This document shows, in pieces, positions 33,700 through 43,753 of a DNA stretch of 64,000 nt; position 1 is the first letter of the stretch, and every line of letters starts with the position of its first letter. The DNA is from a virus (taxonomy: Duplodnaviria > Caudoviricetes): positions 64,001 through 128,000 of IMG/VR virus record IMGVR_UViG_3300036805_000167. One strand, 5' to 3'. The position numbers were made by a program, and so were the translations under genes. The notes under the pieces were generated by a model, which was not told the DNA's origin, did no database searches, and was given only the letters and a program-made list of their open reading frames with translations.

Positions 33700-36221
33700 C
33701 AGTACACCCCGATGAACGGCATGGGAACGTCGACGTTCCCCGCGGCTGGCGTGAACGACGCAGGCAGGGTGGTGGTCACGCCGGCGATGGCCTGGACGCG
33801 GTAGTTGCCGGTCGTGGTGACCGCCCCGTTCGAGATCTTCCAGGCGTAAGACGCCGCTGGAGGCGTGGCGACGCACTGGAACTTCGGGTTGGTGCCGGTG
33901 AACTGGTGCACGAGACCGACGTAGACGAACCGCCCGGCTGTCTGTGCCGCCACGGGGGCCGACAGCGCCGCGGCCTGCGCTCCGAGCGTCGTGAACAGCG
34001 CGGGGGTGTCGGCGGTGGAGGCCGCCAGAACACCCGCGTCGGTGTACACCGCGTAGCGGTTCACGGTCCCCGACCCCGCGGTCTGCGCCACCGTAGTCAC
34101 GTAGGCGACCAGGCCGTTGATCGGTACGTTAGCGGGAATCCACAGACGATAGAGCCCGAGACGGCTCACGGTCTGAGCTGTCGCGCTCCCGACGCAGACG
34201 TCCGGGTGGACCGTCGCGGCGCTCAGCCCGTACTCGGCGATCGGGTACAGCCCGGAGTGTCCCGCCGTCAGCGTCGGCGCGGAGCGCACCGGAGCCGCCG
34301 TGACGCCCGTCGCCGAGCCGACCATCGGCGATACGACCAGGCCGGAGCCACCGAAGATCGCAGTGGTCGCAGCGAACACATACCCCGAAGTGATCGTCAC
34401 CGGGTTCGCGCCGGGGGCGTAGACGCCGTACTGGGGCGAGGTCACTACCGGGGTGCCGCCCGGACCGTTGGTGTCGTTGTGGTCGTCGTCGACACCGGGG
34501 TAGACCTGCAGGTTATCGACGATCACCGGCATGGTGGCGGTCGCCGCCACCGAGAACCCGGCGTACCCGCCGGCGCCGGCGCCGGCGTTCCGGCCGTCAC
34601 GGCGGTTTACCACGCCGGTGAACTGCAACGCGCCGGCGCCGGTGGCGTCGACGTAGATGCCGTTGTAGCCGTTGCGGTCGGTGGTGATCGACGAGACGAT
34701 GCAACCACCCGAGCCCTGCCCGGAAGCCCAGTAGCCAGAGGTGAACAGGATGCCGCTCTGGCCGGACCACTCCGCGCGGCAGTTGGCGATCTGGCCGTTC
34801 ATGAAGCCCTGGATGCTGAACCCGCTGTTGGTTGCACCGAGGGAGTTGCAGTCGACGATCGTCGAGTCGGGGACGTTGACGAACGTGTAGCCGTTGTTGC
34901 CCGACGCCTTGGCGAGACAGCCGACCAGTCGCAGCGACTGCGGGAACTTCGACGTGTCGGTGGTGCCGGCGCCGAACCAGAACGACGTGTCCTTGGCGGC
35001 GTTCACGGTCACGTATTCGAAGCGAGCCTCGCGTACCAGCCCCGCGACCTGAATGCCCTTGGTGCCTGCCGGCGTGTTCGTGCCATCCAGGGTCAAGTTC
35101 CTGATCCGCGCGCCGACGTGGTCGTAGGTGCGCGCCGTCTCGTCCTTGCCGCGCAACCGCAGGATCGCGGTGCCGGTGTGCGAGGACAGTGGGCGGATGA
35201 CGCACGGACTCGTCGGCGACGTGGCGTACGGGATGGTGTCGCCGTGGACACCTTCGATGGTGACGTTCTCGGGGATCTCGATGGACGAGCTCGTTGCGTA
35301 GATGCCTGACGGGAACCACACTCGCCCGCCGGGCGCTGCCAGCGCTGCCGCGATCGCCGAGTTGATTGCGGCGGTGTCGTCGGTGGTGCCGTCGCCGAGC
35401 GCGCCGTAGGCCTTGACGTCGTATGCCAGCCGAGTCAGGCCCGGCACGGTCGGCGCCGCCGCAGTTCCTCCCAGAGCGCCGGCGAGCTGCACGACACCCC
35501 TCGAGGTCGTAGTGGCGTCCGAGACGGTGCCGCCACCACCACCGGACACCGTGGTCGGCACGTAAGCAGTGCCGTTCCAGGCCGGGACCTGCCCGGGGCT
35601 GGGCGCGCCTCCGGCGTAGAGGTTCCACGAAGCGGCGGTGCCAGCCGCGGTGTACCGCGCGTCGAGCTGGGCGAGCGGCAGGTCGTCGGCGAGGATGAGC
35701 CACACGTGGTTGGTGGCGTTGTACTGCGCCAGTGCGCCCTGGCCGGGCAGTGTCGCCGAGACCGACGTGACGCCGGAACCAGGCTTGGTGAACACGTCGG
35801 TGCCGCTGCAAGCCACCGTCAAGGCGTTCCCGGCGGTGGTCAACTTCCAGCCCAGCGAGGTCCCGTCAGGGGGGCTACTGGGCAGAGTCAGTACCACTGC
35901 GGCGGAGCTCGTGTCGACCGGGACGTACTCCCCGGCGTTGACCGTGTAGGCCGCGGTCTTCGTCGCGGTGACGGTGTACTTGCTCGACGAGGTGGTCGGC
36001 ACATAGGCAGTGCCGTTCCAGCTCAGCACCTGACCGCTGGAAGGTGTCCCGCCGCCGTAAAGACCCCACGTGCCGTCTCCGCCACCGCCTGCGGCGATAC
36101 CAGCCTCGATGTGAGTCAGCGCATCAGCGGTGACCGGGGTGGCCGACCTGCGGATCAGCACGCCGTTGGCGTCGTAGAGACCGTCTTCCCACGGGATGGG
36201 GTAGTACGGGCTGTAGGTCAT
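33699..36221 (-). CDS. Tailspike/depolymerase with pectin-lyase beta-helix
   Basis: YDVKAYGALGDGTTDDTAAINSAI, VWFPSGIY, beta-helix repeats; GQVLSWNGTAYVP repeats. Confidence 0.8.
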   Translation of the reverse strand: MTYSPYYPIPWEDGLYDANGVLIRRSATPVTADALTHIEAGIAAGGGGDGTWGLYGGGTPSSGQVLSWNGTAYVPTTSSSKYTVTATKTAAYTVNAGEYVPVDTSSAAVVLTLPSSPPDGTSLGWKLTTAGNALTVACSGTDVFTKPGSGVTSVSATLPGQGALAQYNATNHVWLILADDLPLAQLDARYTAAGTAASWNLYAGGAPSPGQVPAWNGTAYVPTTVSGGGGGTVSDATTTSRGVVQLAGALGGTAAAPTVPGLTRLAYDVKAYGALGDGTTDDTAAINSAIAAALAAPGGRVWFPSGIYATSSSIEIPENVTIEGVHGDTIPYATSPTSPCVIRPLSSHTGTAILRLRGKDETARTYDHVGARIRNLTLDGTNTPAGTKGIQVAGLVREARFEYVTVNAAKDTSFWFGAGTTDTSKFPQSLRLVGCLAKASGNNGYTFVNVPDSTIVDCNSLGATNSGFSIQGFMNGQIANCRAEWSGQSGILFTSGYWASGQGSGGCIVSSITTDRNGYNGIYVDATGAGALQFTGVVNRRDGRNAGAGAGGYAGFSVAATATMPVIVDNLQVYPGVDDDHNDTNGPGGTPVVTSPQYGVYAPGANPVTITSGYVFAATTAIFGGSGLVVSPMVGSATGVTAAPVRSAPTLTAGHSGLYPIAEYGLSAATVHPDVCVGSATAQTVSRLGLYRLWIPANVPINGLVAYVTTVAQTAGSGTVNRYAVYTDAGVLAASTADTPALFTTLGAQAAALSAPVAAQTAGRFVYVGLVHQFTGTNPKFQCVATPPAASYAWKISNGAVTTTGNYRVQAIAGVTTTLPASFTPAAGNVDVPMPFIGVY

Positions 36222-39200
36222 CGTCGCACCAAGTCCTTCTGGCCGGTGGCCACCACACGCGCCAGCCCCGTCGCAGAGATGGGCTTCATAGCTTCCGAGA
36301 TGCCCTGCTGAATACCAACCGCCACGGCCGAGACGATCGCATCATGATCAGGTCCCGAAGCGGACTGCGCCGCTGCCGGACCCCCCGGCTGCGCTGTCGA
36401 GCCGACATCCCGAACAGTGGTCGAGGTGATCTTCGCAGTGTTGGTGCGCGGCCTGATCGCGGTCACATGTGCGTTGCTGGGCAGGAACCCGGGCCGGTCC
36501 AGCATCTGCGCAGCGATGTTCATGATCGGCGAGAGCGACCTGACCAGATAGCCCTGGCTCTTGCTCATACCGTCGGCCAGGCGCTGAACGATCTTCCCAC
36601 CGGAGATCAGCGGGTCACCCTTGCCTGAGAGCGGACCCTCCTTGGCGGGCGAGCTCGGGAACTGCGCCTTGATGCTCGCGGCGATCCGCGCGGCCGCAGC
36701 AGTGGCCTGCGCGCCGGCAGCGATCATGCCGGCGGTGAGCCGCTGGATCAGCGTCTGCCCGGCGTTGTACATCGCGCCGTCCTGCGCGTTGATCGCCGCC
36801 ACGGCCTGCGTGGCGGTCCGCTGCGCAGACTGCACAGCTTGCTGACCGCCTTGATCGAAGGCCTGAACGATCTTCTGCCAGGTCTGGGTGACGATCTGGA
36901 CCATCTGCGTAGTGGCCTGGGTGAAGTTCTGCACGATCGCCTGCAGGGCCTGGCGCACCGTGTTCGTCGCCGCGGTCATGTTCGTCGTGAATGCCGCAGC
37001 GATAGCGACCAGCGCCGCAGTGACAGCGGTCTGCGCGCCGGTAACCGCAGCCGACGCCCCCGCCATCGAGGCCTGCATCGCCGAAGAGAACCCGGCCGCG
37101 GCGGTGTTGGCGCTGGCGAACCCGGTCTGCGCGGACGTGGCGACCTGTGACATCGAGGTTCCGAACGCCGCCACCGCCGGGCCGATCGGCTGGGTCAGTG
37201 CGTTGCCGATGTTCGTGCCGCCCTGCTGGGCCGCAGCGACTGCCGGGTCCAGAGCACCGGAGACTGCTCCGGAGGTCGGATCGAGCGCAGCACCCACGGC
37301 CGCAGGCGCGGGCGCCACCGGTTGCGTGGTGTTGTCGTGGATGGCCTTACCCCCAGCCTGAGCAGCAGCGGCGGCCTGGTCCAACGGTGGCTTGACCGCA
37401 CCGGGAACCTGATTGAAGATGCCGCCGACCTGGCCGGGCACCGGCTGGACCCCACCCACAGCGGCGGCGCGGACCTGCTCCATCGTCTGCTGCGCAGCGG
37501 GCACCGCCGGCCCGAGATGCTGCACGACCTGGCTGCCGGTGGGCTTGAGGTCGATGCCGATCTGCCCAGGGATCGGCGCAGCTCCGGCGTGGGCAGCGTT
37601 CTGGGTGGCCAGCAGTTGATCCTGGACGGTCTTCGGTAGCCCGGCGAACGCGTCTTGGGTGATGCCTTGGACCTGCGACATCGGGCCCTTGACGTTGTCC
37701 GGGATCGCCTGCGCCCCGGAGTTGGCGTTGGCGGAAGCCTGCGCCAGCTGCGTCTGGATGATCTTAGGCAGCTGGCTGAACTGCGCCTGGGTCAGTCCCG
37801 GCATCGTCGAGATCGGAACCTTGACACCGTCGACGATGCCTTGTGCGCCAGGGACAGCGACGCCCTTGGCGGTCAGCAAGGACTTCTGGATGTCCGGCGC
37901 GAGCTTGTTGAACTCGGCCTGCGACATCCCCGGGATCTCCGAGATCGGACCCTTGATCGCCTGCTGGAGCTGCTTGGCGCCCTGCCCGCCGTTGGTCGAG
38001 GCCTGCCCCAGGGTCTGCTGAACCTGGGGCGGCAGCTGATCGAACTGCGCCTGGGTCAGTCCTGGGATCGTCGAGATCGGGACGACGACGCCGTTCACGA
38101 TGCTGTTGGCTTGCGCCTTCGCGGTCTGCCCCGCGGTCCCCAGCCCCGTCGCGATCGAGTTGTTGATCCCACCCATCGACGTGCCCACCTGGCCTGGCAG
38201 CGCGTTCATCGGCTGCACGACACCGGTCTGCAGGTACTTATTGAAACCGTTGAGCGCTTGATCGCTCTGGTCGCTGAAGTTGGACATGTTCTGCCCGGCG
38301 TCGCTGAACGAGCTCCTGGCCGCGTTCTGGAACTTGTCGAACGCGCCGCTGGTCAGGCCGATCGCATCAGTGACGTAGGCGAAGCCAGCGACGAGGCCGT
38401 TGAGCACTCCGGCGATGGAGTTGATCGCGGCGGCCACCAACTGCCCCAGCGGGACCAGGGCCTGCAGGAGCTGCGCGATCGTCGTCAGCACAGGAACGAG
38501 AAGTCCGAGGATCGGCCCGAGGGCAGTGAACACGTTGCCCAGTGCCTGGACGATCGGTGTCAGCCCTGACGCCGCCGCGCTCAACCCGTCGCCCAGCAGC
38601 GTCGCGACCGCATCGATGACCGGCTGCAGCGCGGTCATCGCCGACTGCAGGGCACCGCCGATGGCCTGCGCCAGCGAAGTGATCGCCGGCATCGCCGTCT
38701 GCAGCGCCGAGGCCAGTGCGCCGCTGATGGCGTTGGTAACCGGCGAGATCGCCTGCACCACGTTGGCCAGCACGGTGACCAGGTTCAAGAAGATACTGCC
38801 CAGGCCCTGCAGCGTCGGCGTCAACGACATCGCTGCGTTGCCGATCGCGGTGATCGCGGAGGCCAGCTGGCCGTTCAGGGCGGCACCGAGCTGGATGCCC
38901 ATCGCGGTGAGCTGGTTGAACACGCCGAGCAGCGATTGCACCACCTGGACCAGCCCGGTGAACGCCTGCTGAATCTGGGGGCCCGACCGGTTGATGATGT
39001 CGTCGAACTGGGCCGAGAACTGCGAGATCACATCGGCGAGCTGCTTGAGCGCAGGCTGGGCCAGCGCCGCCAGCTGCAGGAACGCGTCGGTGATGCTGCC
39101 AATGGCGGGCGTCAGCGCATCGATGAAGCTCTTGGTGCCCTGCAGGATCGTGTTGATCTGCTGGGTGCCCCTGGCGGAGGTCACTACGTTGGTGAACCCC

Positions 39201-40753
39201 TGCGCCACACCCACCAGGCTCGTGGCGATGTCGTTCAGCGGCGCCTTGAGGCTCGAGATCAGCGGCTTGAGCTGCTGGAAGACCGGGGTGAGCTCCTTCT
39301 TGAAGGTGTCACTGATCGACTTCTTGAGATCGTCGATCGTCGGCTTGAGCGTCTTCGCGGCAGCCTTGATGCCGTCCATGCCGAGCTTGACGACGGCGAA
39401 CCCTGCAGCGGCGTTGGCGGCGAGACCGGGCAGGATGCCCAGCGCCGAGCCGAGCGCTCCGAGCGCCGGCCCGGCAAGCCCGGCAACGACGGGGATGAGG
39501 AGCTGCATCTTGGTGCTCATCCCGGCAACTCCGCTGGCCGCCCCTTCGGCGCCCTTAGCTGCACCGTCGCTGGCGGTCTCAACGTCGCCGAGCGCCTTGC
39601 CGAACAGGCCGCCGCTGTCCGAGGAGCTGGTGAACGCCGACTTGAGCTTGCCGAGGATGCCGACGTGCTTGGTTTCCTTCTCGCTGGTCGACTCATGAGC
39701 GTCACCGAGGACCTTCTCGGCCTCCGCGGCGACCTTGGTCTCGGTAGACGAGCCCCGCCGGGAGGTTCTGACCTTCTCCTCGGTGGTGGCGACGCGGCTG
39801 GCGGCGGCCTCGGAAGCGGTGCGCGCTTTCCCGAGGTTGGTCTCGTCCTTCTCCAGCTGGGCGTCGGCGATGCTGGAGAACTTGCGGGCGTTGGTGACGT
39901 CCCGCTCAGCGGCTTCGATCTTCGAGGCGGTGGCGCCCTCGTTGTTGCGCAGCGTGTTGAGGTTCTCTTCGCGCGCGCGGAGCTCGTCCGCGGCGTCTCC
40001 GGCCGTGGCGCGGGACTCGGCGACCCGCTCTTCGAGCGCAGCCACCTTGTCAGTGGCGACCAGCATCGACTGGCGAGCCTTGCTGAGTTCATCCTCCAGC
40101 TTGGAGTCGTTCGCCGTTGCCGTCTCAGCCGAGGTTCGCGCCTTGTCCAGTGCGGTCTCAGCGGCGGCAGCGGTGGAAGTTGCCTGCGCACCATCGGCAC
40201 GGCTCTTCGCGACGGCGTTCTCGGACTGCTCGAGGTTGGTCGCCTCAGTGGCAGCCTTCGCGGCTGACGTGGCGATGCCGTCGAAGCCGCTCTTCGCGCG
40301 GTCTGAGTCGGCGCCGAGCTTCCCCACGGCGGTGGAGGCCTTGGTGGTCGCAGCGGTGATCTGGTCCCACCGCGTCTTCTCGTCGGTCTGATCCTTCTTG
40401 AGCTTGTCGATCGCCGGCTGCCAGACGGCCTTGAGCTTGTCGCGCAGCTTGGTCTGCTCGGTGGTCTGCTTGATCCGCGACTTCTCGGCATTCTGTGAGA
40501 TGTCGTCAAACAGCCCCTGCTCATCGGCCTTGAGCTTGGAGAAGTCGTCCTGCCCCGAGGAACCGAAGCGGTCCATCGCCTCGCGCATCTTGGCCTCGGC
40601 GTTGCTGGTGTCGACGTCGACCGATATATGGATCGTCTTGTCGAGCCCAGCGGTCGCTTCCTCGATCGCGCTCTCTAGCTCGCCACGAAGCTCGGCGGCG
40701 AAGCCGGATGTGTCAGGCGTGATGCGCACGCTAGCTTCATCGATTACCGCCAC
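36218..40753 (-). CDS. Tape measure protein
   Basis: 1511 aa Ala/Gln-rich helical; ASVRITPDTSGF N-terminus; FPSSPAKEGPLSG C-terminal motif. Confidence 0.92.
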   Translation of the reverse strand: MAVIDEASVRITPDTSGFAAELRGELESAIEEATAGLDKTIHISVDVDTSNAEAKMREAMDRFGSSGQDDFSKLKADEQGLFDDISQNAEKSRIKQTTEQTKLRDKLKAVWQPAIDKLKKDQTDEKTRWDQITAATTKASTAVGKLGADSDRAKSGFDGIATSAAKAATEATNLEQSENAVAKSRADGAQATSTAAAAETALDKARTSAETATANDSKLEDELSKARQSMLVATDKVAALEERVAESRATAGDAADELRAREENLNTLRNNEGATASKIEAAERDVTNARKFSSIADAQLEKDETNLGKARTASEAAASRVATTEEKVRTSRRGSSTETKVAAEAEKVLGDAHESTSEKETKHVGILGKLKSAFTSSSDSGGLFGKALGDVETASDGAAKGAEGAASGVAGMSTKMQLLIPVVAGLAGPALGALGSALGILPGLAANAAAGFAVVKLGMDGIKAAAKTLKPTIDDLKKSISDTFKKELTPVFQQLKPLISSLKAPLNDIATSLVGVAQGFTNVVTSARGTQQINTILQGTKSFIDALTPAIGSITDAFLQLAALAQPALKQLADVISQFSAQFDDIINRSGPQIQQAFTGLVQVVQSLLGVFNQLTAMGIQLGAALNGQLASAITAIGNAAMSLTPTLQGLGSIFLNLVTVLANVVQAISPVTNAISGALASALQTAMPAITSLAQAIGGALQSAMTALQPVIDAVATLLGDGLSAAASGLTPIVQALGNVFTALGPILGLLVPVLTTIAQLLQALVPLGQLVAAAINSIAGVLNGLVAGFAYVTDAIGLTSGAFDKFQNAARSSFSDAGQNMSNFSDQSDQALNGFNKYLQTGVVQPMNALPGQVGTSMGGINNSIATGLGTAGQTAKAQANSIVNGVVVPISTIPGLTQAQFDQLPPQVQQTLGQASTNGGQGAKQLQQAIKGPISEIPGMSQAEFNKLAPDIQKSLLTAKGVAVPGAQGIVDGVKVPISTMPGLTQAQFSQLPKIIQTQLAQASANANSGAQAIPDNVKGPMSQVQGITQDAFAGLPKTVQDQLLATQNAAHAGAAPIPGQIGIDLKPTGSQVVQHLGPAVPAAQQTMEQVRAAAVGGVQPVPGQVGGIFNQVPGAVKPPLDQAAAAAQAGGKAIHDNTTQPVAPAPAAVGAALDPTSGAVSGALDPAVAAAQQGGTNIGNALTQPIGPAVAAFGTSMSQVATSAQTGFASANTAAAGFSSAMQASMAGASAAVTGAQTAVTAALVAIAAAFTTNMTAATNTVRQALQAIVQNFTQATTQMVQIVTQTWQKIVQAFDQGGQQAVQSAQRTATQAVAAINAQDGAMYNAGQTLIQRLTAGMIAAGAQATAAAARIAASIKAQFPSSPAKEGPLSGKGDPLISGGKIVQRLADGMSKSQGYLVRSLSPIMNIAAQMLDRPGFLPSNAHVTAIRPRTNTAKITSTTVRDVGSTAQPGGPAAAQSASGPDHDAIVSAVAVGIQQGISEAMKPISATGLARVVATGQKDLVRR

Positions 40754-40765
40754 TTCACACCCCCG

Positions 40766-40800
40766 TTGCTCCAGGTCAGAGGGGGTGATACTTTGTAGGC
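40766..40800 (+). promoter_or_regulatory. Leaderless promoter TTGCTC-N17-TACTTT for HNH gene
   Basis: ATG 6 nt after the -10. Confidence 0.55.
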
Positions 40801-41616
40801 ATGGCTGCCACCGCTACCTACAAGGACCCCCGCCTGTCGAGCTCGCTCTGGAGCCACGTACGCCGAAGCACCAACGGCTGCTGGCACTGGACTGGAGCCA
40901 TCGACGAGCGCACCGGCTACGGGATCACCTGGAACCCCATCAACGGCTCGACGATGCCGGCGCACAGGCGCTTCTACGCCGCGCTCGTCAAACCCCTGAT
41001 GCCACGAGGACGGCCGGGGTACCTGGAGGTCGACCACGAGTGCCATAACCGCAGCAAGGGATGCAAGGGCGGCCCGACCTGCAAGCACCGCCGCTGCGTA
41101 AACCCAGCCCATCTGGCCGCCAAAACGTCGCGGGAGAACTCCGGCGCTTCGCGGCATACGCCCGCGAGCATCAATCGGGCCAAGACCCACTGCGACCGCG
41201 GCCACCCTCTGTCCGGCAACAACGTCCGCTACTACTACGGCAAGCGCTGCTGCTACGAGTGCCACCTGGCGACCACGAACGAGGCACGTCGTCAGCGCCT
41301 GGCTGCCGCGCGGCCCGAGGGATGGGCCAAGGTCGAGCGCGGCACGAAACTGACGCGCTGTCCGCAGGGCCATCCCTACGACGGGGACAACCTCTACATC
41401 ACTGCTGCTGGTACGCGGCAGTGCAAGACGTGCCGGAGCGCCGCAGCTGCGCGACATCGAGAAAAGTCCATCAAGGGCACCGTCCCTCGCGGGCAGCGCG
41501 CCGACTGGACGCACTGCAAGCACGGGCACGAACTGACCGGGGACAACCTCTACGTCGCGCCAAGCTCCGGCAAGCGGAGCTGCAAGACGTGTCGTCGCGC
41601 GTCCGCGCGCAAGTAA
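40801..41616 (+). CDS. Free-standing HNH homing endonuclease with three C-terminal zinc-ribbon repeats
   Basis: GCWHWTG, GYG, AHR, VDHEC, CVNPAHL; 3x T(H/R)CxxGH...GxNx...CxxC; antisense to tail operon. Confidence 0.88.
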   Translation: MAATATYKDPRLSSSLWSHVRRSTNGCWHWTGAIDERTGYGITWNPINGSTMPAHRRFYAALVKPLMPRGRPGYLEVDHECHNRSKGCKGGPTCKHRRCVNPAHLAAKTSRENSGASRHTPASINRAKTHCDRGHPLSGNNVRYYYGKRCCYECHLATTNEARRQRLAAARPEGWAKVERGTKLTRCPQGHPYDGDNLYITAAGTRQCKTCRSAAAARHREKSIKGTVPRGQRADWTHCKHGHELTGDNLYVAPSSGKRSCKTCRRASARK

Positions 41617-41618
41617 CA

Positions 41619-41915
41619 TCAGGCGTCCTCGCCGATGCCGGGGGCAGCGCCCATGTTCGGGTCCCCCCCGAACATCGACATCATCGCGGCCTGGCCGCGC
41701 TGGGCCTTCTCACTGGCTCCCCATTCCTCGGGCGTGGGCTGGCCGTCAGTAGAGGCCGAACGCAGCGTGTCCCAGAGCTCCTCGAGGTGGTCCAGTCGGT
41801 CGCGGTCGAGCGTCATCGCCATGTCCGTATAGACCGACCAGGCCACGTCGAACCACACCCCGATGTCCTCGCTGCCGTCGAGGTGAGGTGCGTCGCGTGC
41901 GATCCGGCCAGCCAT
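41619..41915 (-). CDS. Tail assembly chaperone, downstream (frameshift/T-like) part
   Basis: In the -1 frame overlapping the TAC end; EEWGASEKAQRGQAAMM. Confidence 0.6.
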   Translation of the reverse strand: MAGRIARDAPHLDGSEDIGVWFDVAWSVYTDMAMTLDRDRLDHLEELWDTLRSASTDGQPTPEEWGASEKAQRGQAAMMSMFGGDPNMGAAPGIGEDA

Positions 41916-41923
41916 CCAGGCTC

Positions 41924-42517
41924 CTAACGCCGTTTCTGAGCCCGCGAGCGCGGCGAGCCGCTGGACAGCTCGGTAGGGCGGGCAGCAGCAGCCGACACGA
42001 CGACGTCGACCAACTCCTCGAGCGCGGACTGCTCCACAGCCAGGTACATGGAATCCATGACGTAGATGAAGCGGCGCAGGCTGGAGCCGTTCTCGTCGGC
42101 GTAGCTGTGCGCGAGCGACTCGGAGGGGAAGACCGAGTCGCCGATCTTCCACTGCACCGGGAGGTTGTTGTCGTCATCGTCGCCGACCACGACCAGCTCG
42201 CCGGCCTTCACCTCAGCTTCGGGGTCGTCTTTCTCGGCCGGGACGACCTGGCGAGGCTGCTCCTGCAGCGGCACGCCGTCGTCGTCGACGAAGGCGCGCA
42301 TCAGGAAGTTGCGCAGCCCAGTGAGGCGCTTGCCGGGGCTGGCGTCCTCCGCGGACAGGGCGAACACCGACGAGGTGTCCATCTGGGCGCGGACGGTGAG
42401 ATTCCAGAGCTCCTCGACCTCTCCGCGATACACGGCGAGTGAGAACGTCTCACGCTTGGCTTGAGAGCGGCGGCGCCCGATGACACGGGGCTCGCTCGAG
42501 GTGGTGGTGGCGGACAT
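41924..42517 (-). CDS. Tail assembly chaperone
   Basis: Position before TMP; C-terminal ARPT.SSGS. Confidence 0.7.
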   Translation of the reverse strand: MSATTTSSEPRVIGRRRSQAKRETFSLAVYRGEVEELWNLTVRAQMDTSSVFALSAEDASPGKRLTGLRNFLMRAFVDDDGVPLQEQPRQVVPAEKDDPEAEVKAGELVVVGDDDDNNLPVQWKIGDSVFPSESLAHSYADENGSSLRRFIYVMDSMYLAVEQSALEELVDVVVSAAAARPTELSSGSPRSRAQKRR

Positions 42518-42576
42518 GCACCCCATGCTCGTCGGATGCGAGGTATGCGGGTCGGCTGCAGCGCCCCACGTAGCCG

Positions 42577-42996
42577 CTAGTCCGCAGCCGCGCGCAGCGA
42601 CTCCTGCACGAACGGGTTGCGCTTAGTCCCCGGGTGCGAGACCTTCCGGAACGCCACGTTGGCGCCGACCTTCTCCCAGAAGAACCGCAACATGCCGTTG
42701 CCCCTGGCCCGAATCTCATGCGGCGACGTGCCGTAAATCTGGTACCCGAGCTGCGGGGTGAGACCCGCCTGCCCCGCGGTGATGTCGACGCTGTCCCCGG
42801 CGCTCTCCACGCGGATAGTGCCGATCAGGGTGCCGGTCTTCACGCCGACGTGGGCGCGCTGGTAGGCCGCCACGTTGTCCGCTCGACGGTGCAGGTCCTG
42901 CTGGACGCCCGGAGAGCGTTTGAGCGCCTCGATCTCAGCGCTGTTGATGTTCTGGCTGCCCGGCTTGAGCGAGAGCTTGACGTCGATACTGGGCAC
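42577..42996 (-). CDS. HK97 gp10-like/tail completion protein
   Basis: VGVKTGTL, YGTSPHEIR, VSHPGTKRNPF. Confidence 0.75.
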   Translation of the reverse strand: MPSIDVKLSLKPGSQNINSAEIEALKRSPGVQQDLHRRADNVAAYQRAHVGVKTGTLIGTIRVESAGDSVDITAGQAGLTPQLGYQIYGTSPHEIRARGNGMLRFFWEKVGANVAFRKVSHPGTKRNPFVQESLRAAAD

Positions 42997-43508
42997 TACT
43001 GCACCGGTCCGATCGTCAGCTGCACGGCGTGCCCGGCGAGGCCGCCCAGCGGTCCGATCACCTCGACATCACCGATGACCACCTGCGGGTTGGTGTCGAT
43101 CCCGGGCGGGCTAGCAGCGGCACCTTGCCACGCGAACAGCGCAGTGATCAACCGTCCTGGGTCGGCCATGAGCCGCAGGCCGTCGTCGTTGAGCGCCGAG
43201 GCCGTCGGCACGTACCCGCGGCTGTCGACCACCGACACGCAGCGCATCAGCCGCAACTTGAAGTCGGCGCGCGGCACATGCATCGAGCGGGCCCCGTGGG
43301 AAGGGGTGCCGGTCTGATTGAGGCTGCGCGGAGTGACCCCGGAGTGCATCGCCGAGAGCGCCACCGCGAGGTGCTCGTCGTCAGCGGCGAGGATGCTCGG
43401 CGATCCAGCAGCGATATAGCGCCGCTCGGGCAGGTCCCAACCCTGCTCGGCGAAGTACCCCTCGACGAAGCTCAGCATGCGCTGAGCAACCGCCGCGACG
43501 TCAATCAC
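42996..43508 (-). CDS. Tail terminator-like protein
   Basis: LMRCV, GPLGGLAG; position. Confidence 0.6.
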   Translation of the reverse strand: MIDVAAVAQRMLSFVEGYFAEQGWDLPERRYIAAGSPSILAADDEHLAVALSAMHSGVTPRSLNQTGTPSHGARSMHVPRADFKLRLMRCVSVVDSRGYVPTASALNDDGLRLMADPGRLITALFAWQGAAASPPGIDTNPQVVIGDVEVIGPLGGLAGHAVQLTIGPVQ

Positions 43509-43753
43509 GCGCCGGCGCCCTGCGCGGTCTCGACACGCTCGATGAGCTCCTCACGGGTGCCGCTGGTCGAGAGACCGCGCTGGCGAGCGAGATCCTGCAG
43601 CTCAGCCTTCTGCATCCGGACGAGCTGGCCGCGGGGGTACACCGACACCTCGATCGCCGGCTCCGGGGCCTCGACGGACTCCTCGCGCTGGGCGCGCGAC
43701 TCCCCGGAGGGGGCGTCGTCGTACTTGCCGTCAAAAGGATCGTGGGCGCTCAT
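43505..43753 (-). CDS. SAP-domain small protein
   Basis: KAELQDLARQRGLSTSGTREELIER. Confidence 0.7.
   Translation of the reverse strand: MSAHDPFDGKYDDAPSGESRAQREESVEAPEPAIEVSVYPRGQLVRMQKAELQDLARQRGLSTSGTREELIERVETAQGAGA

Noticed and set aside
37500-38250. Internal repeats (VPIS..PG.TQAQF..LP)
   Set aside because: Ordinary tape-measure periodicity.
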